Below the pieces are notes generated by a model that worked only from the letters and a program-made list of their open reading frames with translations, was not told where the DNA came from and did no database searches. A stretch of 64,000 bases of DNA from Vicugna vicugna (lineage: Eukaryota). Each line of letters opens with the position of its first letter. Positions within the stretch are counted from its first letter, which is position 1. Positions 52,838 through 64,000 of the stretch are shown piece after piece. A program made the translations under genes and the position numbers. The stretch spans positions 7,377,260-7,441,259 of the forward strand of contig MU058844.1 of NCBI GenBank assembly GCA_013265495.1, in the 5' to 3' direction.

Positions 52838-53816
52838 GTCCTCAATTAACCCTTTTCTTACCTTTACAAGATCCTGAATTAAGGGAACCTAAAGATAGAC
52901 CACAAATGACGAATTCAACTAAAAATCTTCAAGGATTTTTAGAAGGATGCTGCTAAGATTTGGATGTGATGATTATTACAACAAATACTTTCTGGCATAG
53001 AAAGTACTTGTTGGCTGTAAAATGATATGTGTATCATTTTCATTTAACCCACAGTTAGATTCTTCTGTGTTTTAGAGAGTGCTATATAAAACATACTGCT
53101 TTGTTTCATCTTTGTCCTGGGAAATATATTTACAAATAGTCATATAGAGAACATAGTTTTATTACTAATTTTGTAAATTATCACTATTTATTGCATTTTC
53201 AGATAAAGTCATTTTTCCAACTTTTTATTTCAATTAATAAATGTAGTTGCTAATTCTTCTTATTTGGGGCAGTAGCTTTCAAAATTCACCAGGTTTAAAT
53301 TTTATAATTTATCAAGTTTTTAAATTTCAAATGTTAAAGTACTAAGTCTGAAAATTATGATCTTTCTCCAAAAGATATGGTTGTCTTTTTGAGACAGTTA
53401 AAACAATTTGCTTTTAAAAAGGAGATATTTTAAGTTGTTTAATAACTGTCTGCGATGAGACAGTTTGTATATTGTGATTAAATGTTTGTATATTATATAT
53501 ATATCAAAATAATAAATTTAAAATTTCCAGTAAATTTTAGCACACTTAGTTTTAGAAGTCCAACTCTTAAACCTTACCTTGTTTGCTTTTAAGTTTAATT
53601 AATAGTTGATCTCATTGTTTTGGACTCTGAAAAGAATGGTTACTGTTTATTGTGAAACTGTTAAACAAAAGCAATCACTTAATACAGTATGTATTACTAA
53701 ATGTAATCTAAAAAACTTCAGATACCTGAATATAATAGTGAAATATGTGCTTAACAGCCACATGAATAACAAGTGCATACTGCAAAAAGAGTGTGCAATC
53801 ACTTTGTGGTAGATTT

Positions 53817-53898
53817 TGTTATGAGATGAATTCTGTCCTCCCAAATTAATATGTTGAAGCTTCAAACCCCCATCCCTCTGAACTGACTGTGTTTGGAT
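53817..53898 (+). mobile_element. MLT1A/B 5' fragment
   Basis: 'tgttatgagatgaattctgtcctcccaaattaatatgttgaagc...tgactgtgtttgga'. Confidence 0.75.
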
Positions 53899-54023
53899 CT
53901 GTTGTGAAAAAAACTTGAAGTGTTAATAGCAGCTTTCTCTAGCAGTAGCTATATGTGCAAACCGACTTGGCCTAATCCAATAATAAGAGAATCACCTGTA
54001 TTCACTGAAAAAAAAATATGTAT

Positions 54024-54046
54024 ACACACACACACACACACACACA
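54024..54046. repeat. (AC)n microsatellite
   Basis: Read directly from sequence. Confidence 0.95.
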
Positions 54047-55033
54047 TTTAGGTTGCCATTATCTTAACCCTTTCAGCTGATTTCTTCATCTCTGATGGCT
54101 GATTTTGAGAGGTGTGGGGGAAACCTGTGACGAGAGACAACGTGCAAAGGCAAGTGTACAAATCAGTCTTTCCTTGCTAAAGACAAAAAGATTGTGCTCT
54201 GCCAGTGAACAATGCTGGATGGAGAGTCTGCTGGTGCCAGCCCTTCACCTCTCTGACCCTGGTGGTCCTAAACCTTTCTTTGGGGGTTAAACCACTCTGC
54301 GCTGCTGGTGCTCTCAGGGCTGCCTGTCTGCTCCCGGCACCTGCAGGCAGTCTGCACGCAGGAAACTTTGCTTCCACACAAGCCACTGCGCCTTTCAAAG
54401 TGAGCACGGATGTTCTACAGCAGCTGACCTTTTGTTTGTTCTGGCTGAGTCTTTTTATCTGTTTCTTACATGTCTTAGACTTACAGTCATAATTGATAGG
54501 GGAAAAAAACCACAATTGTTTCTGGGCACATCATAGGCTTGAAATGTGTGTGCTTTGTACATGACAGTTTCTTACAGATGATTGATTTTCAAATATGTAT
54601 CTCACTTATACTTTCATTGATATGAAGACTGACAGTTCATCTTCCAAGTATGGCAAAATTACAAATTGATTTCAAAATTAACATATGCTTCCCTATAAAG
54701 ATCTGATATGTGAGTTTAGATTGTAATACTCTCAGGATGTTAGAGAGACTCAAAACAATCCTTGAAGAAAGCACTACAAAATGCACATATACCTTCCATA
54801 CTTTTTGACACTTGGGAGATAATCTATATTTGTCAAATCAAACCATGAATTCAATTTCAGAGACTTCTGCTTTCCTTGGTAATTACCTTGTTGATATTAA
54901 TTCACTCTGAATGATGTGGTAGATTAATCTTTGGAAAAATAGAAGGAACTTGGGTGTTACTTTTATATCCTTTGCATGTCAAAAGTACACTGTAACATAA
55001 GTATTTGCTTTTATTCTTTTAGGCATTCTAAGG

Positions 55034-55240
55034 CGGAGTTTCTTAACAGCAATACAGTTGGTATTTGGGCTGGGTAATATTCTGTTGTAGGGGATGTCCT
55101 GTGCATGTCTAGCAGCATGCTTATACTGTACTTACCAGATGCCAGTAAGATTGCCTCCCTCCTACACACACAGTGCGGCAACAACCAAAAGTGTCTCCAG
55201 CCATTGCCAACTATAGTCTTTGACTAGGGAAAATAACCCA
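55034..55240. mobile_element. MER20 (hAT-Charlie)
   Basis: 'ttctgttgtaggggatgtcctgtgcat...agatgccagta...acaaccaaaagtgtctccagccattgcca'. Confidence 0.85.
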
Positions 55241-55370
55241 AGGGAACTAATGTAATTTGGTTTGTCTGGATAGAACCTCTCAAAGGTGACATGTAAAATG
55301 AAACATGAAAGAATAAAAATGTAAGTGCATGTGCTTTCTCTCCCAGTTAGAGTGATTTTTGTCTGTTTGT

Positions 55371-55926
55371 TGAAGGAGATTAGAATGTCAGGATGTCACA
55401 CTAAAGTTTGCCACTTTGGCATATGGGTATTTTGAGCTGAAGGGAATTGAGACACAGGAAGAGCTCTGTGCCCTCCCCCATCTACCCAAAAGCCGGACCT
55501 AAATTCCCCTTGTGAAGATGTGCTGCGCTTTCCCCTACCAGGAGGAGGGGAGCAGCTCTTAGCACCAGGGAGGCAGGCAGCAGGGAGAAGAGTCTGCAGA
55601 AAGTCACCACTAAGTAACACTTATTTACCATCAGTCTCCCCCACAGCTCTACCTTCTCATGGTTTTCCACCCTGAGAAGCCCAGCCTCCCTTGCCTTTCT
55701 CTAGTCACTTATCCACAATTTATTATCCTTTGTTAAAAACATATATAAGCCCTGGAGTCTAACCACTGCTCTGAATTTTTCCCTTCTGTGAAGGCCCTGT
55801 GCATATAAAAAATACTAACATTAAATAAATTGGCACTCTTCTGTTATTTTGTCTTTTATCCATTTGAGTCAAAGGCCCCATTTACAAAAACTAACAGAGT
55901 AGAAGAAAAGGTTTTCCTCCCCTACC
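55371..55926 (+). mobile_element. ERV1 solo LTR (MER34-like) inserted into an L2 tail
   Basis: 'gccactttggcatatgggtattttgagctgaagggaattgag', TATA-like 'tatataagcc', AATAAA ~55825, end 'gaaaaggttttcctcccctac'; L2 3' sequence on both sides. Confidence 0.75.
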
Positions 55927-57555
55927 GCCACTATATGTTTACTTGCCACCAGAAATTCTGGCGTCTATTAGGATCCCACCAATTATTCGTTGAACAGATA
56001 AATGTATGAGAATAATATTAATATTTATTTATAGGCCTGATGTCAGAGGAGACACTGCATGTGAAAAAACTACAAAAATTACATAGTGTCACACATAGCT
56101 TATGGTTAGTATTAGCATTTTTGTTTTCATTGTTATTATATTGATATTATACAAGCCAGTATAATACACATAGTGAAGAAACTTTTAGTTCATGAAGTTT
56201 GGATTGATGTAAGTTTGAATTTAGGGTTACAGATGGAATCTTACCCTTCCACGTAAGTTGGTTCTAGCCACGTTCCTATTATATTTCGTTCCTGGTCTCT
56301 AAGTAAATAACTCATCAAAGTTTATGCTCATGTTGTGATTCCCATATTCTAGAAGATGCATGTTATAGTTGCTGTAATTTTAAAAACTGTAAACATGCTT
56401 TATTCCATAAAGGACACAAAGTGAGTCAGGACCCAATTTTGGTTCTTAAATGGCATGTTTTGTTAAAGAACTCCAGACACTTCACAAACATTACTTTTCT
56501 TTTAATTATTTAGAAAATGAACTCTTTATGGGCTGTGTGCCACTTACCAACTCATTGACACTACTGAGCTGCAAATATAACTCAACAAAAATTTCATCTT
56601 TCATATTAAGTTGGCTTTGACCATCTCTTTGATAAGTTGGTTGAAGTGTTATATTTGCTCTGAACTCCCGCTTTTGTCTCCATCTTTTCTGTTTGTGTTT
56701 AGTAGTCCTTATGAGCCTTTTCAGCTGCTGATAATTTTACACAAAGGTTAAAATTAAGAGACAGGTCAGCTTATAAATCTTAATAATAACAATTAATTCA
56801 CCCAGGGCTGTTTCTCTGTGTGGCATGATACAACCATTCTGTAATATTTCCAAGCATCATCTTACGAAAGGGAAGATAAAGCATGTTGTTTACACAGTCA
56901 ATAACAAGGACAAGTTATAATTTCAGTCACAGTGGTTATCTGACAGTTATGCTGTATGGACACTGGCAAATTGAGGCTAATTTATTCCTGGATCTAAATA
57001 CTGGTGTTCTATTTTATTTATGGCTAGAAGTAAGTAAGATAATGGACCCTAACTACTGCATTGAGACTCCAGAGAGAGTTAAGGTAAATTAAATGGCACG
57101 CTTCCCAAAAAATACATTTGTTGGATAATATACTTTTATGTCCTGGGCCCAAGTGGAAGTTTCAGAAATAAACATTATTTTATTAGTCACAAATTAAATG
57201 TAAGGGGAAGGTCAAAATTATTTATGCCTATGACCAAACAAACAAAAATACCGAGTCAGAGAATAAGATGATTTCTGATTCCTGATGCTTCATCTCTTTA
57301 ATCATTGTTACTGGAAGTACCTAATCTTCATCAAGTTACAGGATTTATGATTAGTCTCTGTAAAATAAAATGAGATTACTATGATAATGCTAAGCTTAAC
57401 TGTATCTCTTGAGAAGAAAAAAATTATGAGAACAAATTTTGTTTCCATAGTCACAGGAGTTCCTAATTTCTTTGCCTAAAGTTGTCTTCAAGTCACATCT
57501 TTTTCACTTCTATATTGGCAGTTTTATCATATTATGATACATATTTTTTGCAGTC

Positions 57556-58186
57556 TGTGGTACACAGAATTCTCAGATGACCCAAGTGCCCCACCCGCTT
57601 GTATAATCACCTTTTCTTAAACTTGTGCAGGATGACAAATCACTTTGATGATTATGTTAGATCATATGGAATTTTCCAGATGTAACTAAGGACCTTAATC
57701 ATTTGATTTTGAGTTAATCAAGAGGGAGATTATCCTGGGTAGCCTTGTCTACTCGACTCAGCCCTTAGCAGTGATCAGAGAGATCGGAAGTGAGCTGCTC
57801 CTGCTGGCCTTACCAGACATAGTACCATATTGTGGAGGGGGCTATGTGTCAGGGACCTCTAGGACCTGAGAATGTCCCCTAGTTGACATCCAGCAAGAAA
57901 GTAGAGACCTCAGTCTTAGGACCACAAGGAACTAAATTTTGCCAGTAACCAGTGAACTTGGAAATGGATCCTAAGCTCCAAATAAAAATGAAGCTAGAAT
58001 GACACCTTGATTTCAGCCTTGTGGGACCCTGCAAAGAGAAACCAGTTATAACATGTCTGGACTTCTGATCCACAGAAAATATGAGATAATTAATGGGTGT
58101 TATTTTAAACTACTACCTTTGGGGTAACACGTTTAAAGTCACTATGTTTGTGGTAGCTGGTTACACCACAATAGAAAATTAATATG
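57556..58186 (+). mobile_element. MLT1E-like MaLR solo LTR
   Basis: 'tgtggtacacagaattctcagatgaccc...ttgagttaatcaagagggagattatcctgggt...cagcaagaaagtagagacctcagtc...gacaccttgatttcagccttgtg...caatagaaaattaata'. Confidence 0.9.
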
Positions 58187-58454
58187 GTGTCTTTTCTCTA
58201 ATAATTCCCATTTCTAATGGGTAATAGAAACTCAACGAAATTTGGCATTTCAAGGAATCATTATTCCTGTCAGTTCCCAGTTTTGTGTTCAGTCTTGAAC
58301 ATAGATTTAAATATAGTAAAGAAGAGAATACAAGGTCTGAGTCTACCCTACTTAAAAGTATGTAACATCTTAGAAATTTAAAAAAGGAGTCTTAAATTCT
58401 ATTGGGTAAAACACTCACTTTACAGAAGAGAAACTGAAGGACCTGAATTTATTT

Positions 58455-58671
58455 ATTTATTCTTTTTTTTGTATATGCAGAATAATGCTTCAGTCATGTA
58501 TGAACATACATACATTTGTTTTCATATTCTTTTTCACCATAAGATCATGAATATCACTACAAGATATTGAATATAATTCCCTGTGCTGCACAGTGTGAGC
58601 TTATTTATTATATGTGTGTGTATATATATATATAATATATATATATATAATATATATTAGTATCTGCAAAT
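58455..58671 (-). mobile_element. Camelid-type L1 3' end with TSD and internal (TA)n expansion
   Basis: 'ttttcatattcttttcaccat...ctacaagatattgaatataattccctgtgct'; direct repeat ctgaatttattt at 58443-58454 and 58672-58683. Confidence 0.85.
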
Positions 58672-61559
58672 CTGAATTTATTTTTAATCAAGACTTCAAA
58701 AACTGGGGTAAAAATATGAAGACAAAAATTACGCAAATAACAAGTAATGTATTTAAATTTTTTGCAAACATATTTGAAACTTACTATTATTTACCTATAG
58801 GTAGATTATTCAGACCTATTTGTCTTATATCCTCATACTACTTACTTCTTCTTCCTGGTTTTTGATTATATCTTTGCCTATGACCAGAAGTGAGCAATGC
58901 TAGAGAACATTCTCAATGAATATCTTTTAAAATTTATTAGCATCTGTGATCAAAGCTTGAGTGAAGGACAGGGATGAAGGTAATGTTTAAAAATTAAGCT
59001 GCAGTACTTTGGGTAATATTGCAAGTTAAAAACAAAACAAATCATAAAAATTTTAACTTTGAAACATGGTACTGCAAGTCCTTTTTATAAAAGCTGCAAA
59101 ATGAGAATTTTTAGCTAATGAGTGAGACTTGGCAGGACATAAATGGAAATATGTTTCATTGGCTAACATGTTCTGGAGGCATATGAGTGTCTAACTAGAT
59201 GACGCTCAAAAGAGTATTTTTGGCATGGAAGTGCCTCCAAACATTTTGATCAGGAATTTGATCGCCATATGTCCATATCCTCGAACTTAAACGATGAACA
59301 TACTTCGGGTCTCTTGGGATTTCTTACTTCCTGGCAGCACTGACTCTTTTACCTTTAAGAATTTTGTCCTGCAAAATGCATTCTTTTCCTCTCTCTCATA
59401 ATTTTCCTTGTACATTGATAATTTCAATATAAACTGTCTGGGATTTTTAGCTAAAGTACTGGTTTATTGAAGCTCAGTATTGAGAGAAGCAGCCATGTTT
59501 TGTGTTTGTTCTGGAGCAGTGTTTATGAATTCCACTGTCATGACACTGAACCACTAAAGCGTCCACATTACAGATTCATCTTTAGTCATAGATGTTCATT
59601 TTTCATCTAAACTCCTAGGGTTTAAATGTCTAAAGTGCATAATATGTCATTTTAATCTTTGTTTCCCCACAGAAACTTTCAAAAGGAAGGTATCTGAAAA
59701 TACTCGCAAGTACATTACTGAATAGCATACTAGATAATTCATTCGTTTCAATAAATCTCATTTTTTAATAAAACATGCAAATGTCACCAAAAGTAGAAAT
59801 CTGAGTTTTGGGGGAAGATAGTTGGACCTGAAATTTTTCTTATGCATTAGAAATTCTCAAATAACTGAAAATGTCTAAGGAAGAAAATATTTTAATATTT
59901 TTCCAATTCACCTTACCATTTGCTTCCATTTTTTTATGATACCATGAATATCATTTATAAATGTGTATGCACAAGTAATCCTGCCATATGAAAGTCTTAA
60001 GAGTAGTTTTTGGTTTTGTTTTGTTTTGTTTTTGTAGTTAACTGTCTGGATCTGACAGTTTGGGATAGGCATTGTAGGCAACTGATGGTTGCATGTTTTC
60101 TAAGTTAGTAGACTATATTTTTAGAATGGTTTTAGGTTTATAGGAAAACTGAAAGTACAGAGAAAAATTGCATTTTAATTATAAATGCTTATTTTAATTA
60201 TTAGGCCTTGTGCACCACATTTTTGCAGTTTCTTTTAAATCCAAATTTTGCTTTGCCTTATTTTTTTATGTCCATTCTTTGAATATCTGAGTTTATATGA
60301 AGTTCTTATTAAGGAGCCCCTAGAGTCATGAAATAAAAAACATCAAAATGAAATATAATTGATTGATTAATATTACGGGTAAGGTTGGTATGCCTCCTAG
60401 GTAGCAATAGAAAGGGTTCAATCAGGAGCTCAAGTGGCATAATTGAAAATAAAGGCTTTTGTATTTAATACTTCACCTACTGAAAAGGGGAATTTCTCTT
60501 CTTGCATTAGATAGCTTGAGGCCTCAATCTCATATCTGATGGTGTCTGGGCCCATTTAAGTTATATATCAAGTTAAATTGCTCCCTGGCTGGCAGACATT
60601 TATGAGCAGAATTTTGAATGATCTCAATCTTTCAATTTAATAAAGGAGATAGTATATCTTAATAGTTTCTGTGTATTCAAAGGACTTCATAGAGTTCAGC
60701 AATGCCTGAATACAAAACACTCAAAAGACAAGAAGAATGACTGGTTGAATCAGAGAAGCATTAAGTTGTCTGGTCACAATCTGTGCGCCACATCCTGGTA
60801 ATGGTGCACGAAATGCCCTTGTTTCTCCCTGTGGCAAATTGCCATGCTTGACGTCTGTGGAAATTGTCGCACACCTGAATCCCTGAGACACTGTTCTGCA
60901 ACTTTTATCCCTCTGCAGGATTTTCTTCCCCCAACTCAAGTGCTGAGGGTACAGCAAAAAGGAACAGTAATGTTGGAAATGTGGTCTGACTGCACGAAAT
61001 ACCACTCAGCATGAAAGCTGAACTTAGAAAACAGAATAACTCTATTACTAAAGTGAAGACAATGTACTTGCAATAGTTATTTACTGTTTAAGTAAACTCA
61101 AAGATGCGTATGGAAATCTAAAGTTTTTACTGCTTCTATGAGTCTTGCCCCAAATTCTAGCCAAGTTGTGAGTGTAATCCTTTTTACGACATGATGATAA
61201 TTAAGCCAACTATTCTCTCAATAAGAGCGTCTGCAGGTTACATGCTATATCCATCCATTGTACCATCCATCTGTATATTAATTTATTTCTTTCTATCTCT
61301 TATCAATCATCTATTTACCTAAAGCTATCTTCCCTAGAAGTACCCCCTGTAAACCTGTCTTTGAATGTTTCTCTATTTGTTCCTACTAGCTAATGATTTA
61401 ACTTAAAAGGTGTTTTTTTTTAATGTTTTGCTGCATAGTACTAAAAGAAACCCCAGTTCTTCCAAAAAAAGACTTATCATTTTCTCAAGTCTGATTTCAT
61501 CTCGATATCTCTCCATTATATCACATACTAGACTGTCTACTGCTTTTGTCCAATTTCCT

Positions 61560-61680
61560 GACTCCCTAAATAGATGATAGGATTCTTCATATCAGATACC
61601 ACATTTTGTTCATTTTGAATCCTTCGTTTTTCCTAACCTAGTGCCTTATGAATAGTCAGGGCTAAACAAATGTGTATTGT
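61560..61680 (+). mobile_element. L2 3' end
   Basis: 'ttttgttcattttgaatcc...cctaacctagtgcctt...atagtcagggctaaacaaatgt'. Confidence 0.55.
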
Positions 61681-61779
61681 ATTAGTGATAAAGAGTATCT
61701 TTTATGTTTTTATGCTAACTAACTTATTTTCGAATATAAATATCTTGGTGCATCTGTTACAGCTCATAGGTACAAATAA

Positions 61780-61965
61780 GACTAATAATCATGAGTTCAT
61801 GCTACATGTTAGGCACTGTGCAGCATACTTTATATACATTGTTGCACTGGTTCCTGACAGTAGACATGGAAGATGCAATGGCTGAAGGAAGCTGAGGGTT
61901 ATGCAGGTTAAAAGACTTGTCCAGATTCAGGGAATGGTACAACTAGGATTTAATTTCTGAGCTTT
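61780..61965 (-). mobile_element. MIR
   Basis: 'tacatgttaggcactgtgc...gaaggaagctgagg...aggttaaaagacttgtccag...ctaggatttaa'. Confidence 0.65.
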
Positions 61966-62025
61966 AAGACTCTCCATATGGGGTCTGTAACTACTAGGCT
62001 GTGTTGTAACTGCTTGAGTTTGGCA

Positions 62026-62408
62026 TGTGAGACAGTCATTAAACCGTTCATCATCTGGCCATCTTCCTTGTGGACACGTGATCCAGCTGAATTTTCCCAC
62101 CCTATGTGATTTTAGTATGGCCTTGTAATGTCCTATGACATAAAATATAAATAGAAGTGATGGCGCCCTTTCTGATAGAAGCTTTGAGTACCAACTGGTG
62201 ATCTGTCATGTTCTCTTACCTCTGCTGATGTGATTTTGGAAACTTCCTTCAGTCTGAGTCTTTGAGCGACTACAACAAGCATAGCCCTAATGCTGGCCTA
62301 TGTCATATCTGTACCATGAATGAAGAAACAAAAATTACTGTGTTAAGTTGCTGACATATTGGGGTTGTTTATTACTACAAATTAACCAAGTCCATCCTAA
62401 CTTATATA
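62026..62408 (+). mobile_element. MLT1J-like MaLR LTR
   Basis: 'agaagtgatggcgccctt...gaagctttgag...tcagtctgagtctttgagcgactac...tgtgttaagttgctgacatattggggttgtttattactac'. Confidence 0.8.
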
Positions 62409-62589
62409 GGAAGAATCTGTTCTTCTTGCAAAATATCTTTTTCTATGACTTTTCCTTCAGTTACCTGTTTCTTGTTTGAACAGCAGTCTGTTTATGCTCA
62501 GGTACATGATTGCAATATCATATTCACCGATATGCCACAATAGTTGGAAGGCCAATCCTTATGGAGAATTGAGAGACTTGAAGACTCTT

Positions 62590-62882
62590 TTATCAGAATC
62601 ATCTGGGAGATTATGAACAAATACACACTGCAGTCCAACCCAAATCTACTAGATCTAAATCTCTAAGGGTGGGCCATTGAATCTGGACTTTTCACTGATA
62701 TATATTTTTTTAATTTGGGGGGGATAATTAGGTTTATTTATTCATTTATTTTAATGGAGGTACTGGGGATTGAATCCAGGACCTTGTGCATGCTAAGCAT
62801 GTGTTCTACCACTGAGCTTTACCCACCCCCTTCACTGATATCTTGAAGGAGTCTTACATACAGTAAACTTTGAGAATTAATG
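62590..62882. mobile_element. MER5-type hAT element split by the SINE
   Basis: 'atcagaatcatctgggag...ctactagatctaaatctctaagggtgggcc..gaatctg' left of the SINE, 'aactttgagaa' right of it. Confidence 0.65.
62702..62830 (-). mobile_element. Camelid tRNA-Ala-derived SINE (vic-1 type)
   Basis: Minus strand reads gggggtgggtaaagctcagtggtagaacacatgcttAGCatgcacaaggtcctggattcaatccccagtacctcca plus an A-rich tail; Pol III A/B boxes; 11-bp TSD ttcactgatat at 62691-62701 and 62831-62841. Confidence 0.92.
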
Positions 62883-63559
62883 CCATGGATAGTAGAAGGC
62901 AACATTTATTTCCAGAGCTAAGTCTTGGGCTCAGCCTCCTCCTTGAGGCATAGCAGGAGTTATTCTTAGGCATTGCCTTAATGTCTTTCTGATAAGTGAC
63001 ACCCATAAACAGCAGCAAAAAATTAACTTGAAATGCAAATTAGAAGTTTAAGAACATTTCAGTTTTTAAGATAAAATGAGCAGGATGTAATGAAAAGGCA
63101 TAGTTAGAGAAATGAAATTGAGACTCAGAATGTAATTACTTTCAGATCATGTTCCTTGGGTAAGAATCCAAGTAATATGCTTTCATTATGGAAAATATAT
63201 GGATACAAACTACAGATAAGAAACAAAAATGAGAGAAATAAAAATAAGCTATAATTTGGTATGTCTTTCCAGACTTCTTTTTTCCTTCTTTTGCTGTGAG
63301 AGCTCTACTGGAAATATATTAGCACACATAAAGCATAAATGACATCATACACTAAATACATTTATTAAATATTCTGTGGGCTTTTGTTTCCTTTTATCAT
63401 GTTATTGTTTTTTAACAATATTGTTATGCTTATGGTGGTGAATAACATCTCAGTTGTTTATAATATTATAATGTTTCAATACAATACAATAATTATAATG
63501 TTTCAAGCTTTATAATCCACTATTACCCTCCATAATTTCTCAGTTTGAAGGCACCTAGA

Positions 63560-63790
63560 GCATAATGCGTTTGACAGCAGCTCTGCTACCAGTCCATGTG
63601 ACCCTAATTGAATTACTTAATTCTTCTGAGATTTACTTTTTAATCTGTGTATTACTGGCACCAAACAACCCTTAATTGTCCCCTTCAGTCCTTGCCACGC
63701 CCCTCTAAGGTAAGTGTCTTCACCTCTTTTCATAGAGGAGAACTGGGTCCTCTGGGGATGTCACATAGCCAGTAAATAAAGCCAGCATTG
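63560..63790. mobile_element. Two degenerate MIR fragments in opposite orientation
   Basis: 'cagctctgctacc...tgtgacc...ttacttaattcttctgag' (+) and 'aggtaagtg...ttttcatagaggagaactg...gtcacatagccagtaaat' (-). Confidence 0.55.
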
Positions 63791-64000
63791 TCTGCCGCTA
63801 AAGCTCCCGCCTGTCTCCCACATCTTCAGCATGAGGCCAGTTGTCTTGGTTGTTTTTTTTAAAGAAAATGAACTCAGCCTGCAAATATGAGAAACACATC
63901 ATTGTAAAACTTAAAATATCTTTTGTTTCTTCTTTGGATGGTATAATCAAAAAGATACTATCTTTGGAACAAAAAACTCCCAAGATTCAAATATCCCCTC

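Noticed and set aside
59673..59689. 17-nt exon after a strong acceptor (tttgtttccccacag)
   Set aside because: Weak donor (gtatct), frame-shifting length, and no recognisable peptide when joined to the 60919 acceptor
62755..62830. tRNA-Ala gene
   Set aside because: The A-rich tail and TSD show it is a SINE head, not a tRNA gene
63689..63709. Apparent 21-nt microexon (cccttcag|tccttgccacgcccctctaag|gtaagt)
   Set aside because: Lies in an antisense MIR whose consensus already supplies an AGGTAGGT-like donor; no independent support
1..64000. CRISPR array, prokaryotic operon or novel multi-gene system
   Set aside because: Eukaryotic repeat-rich DNA with no regularly spaced repeats with unique spacers and no long ORFs; the remaining short ORFs are consistent with chance

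Overview
AT-rich, CpG-poor mammalian DNA, very likely from a camelid (alpaca/llama/camel). The evidence is a tRNA-Ala-derived vic-1-type SINE at 62702-62830 and short L1 3' ends of the camelid type. I can support no host protein-coding gene, RNA gene or CpG island. The only ORFs that translate to recognisable protein are decayed L1 ORF2 and a Tigger transposase N-terminus. Much of the window is interspersed repeat: L1 of several ages, L2, MIR, MaLR/ERVL/ERV1 LTRs, MER2, MER44, MER20 and MER5. It looks like intergenic DNA or part of a very long intron. Most notable: an L1 with a 5' inversion whose 65-nt duplicated arms share an ORF1/ORF2 deletion junction, a candidate recursive-splice site (TTTTCAG|GTAAGC) in a repeat-poor block, several motif-dense candidate enhancers, and an LTR with three PBX-type elements. 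I found no convincing novel biological system. Repeat names come from recalled consensus sequences, not a database search, and most boundaries are approximate.
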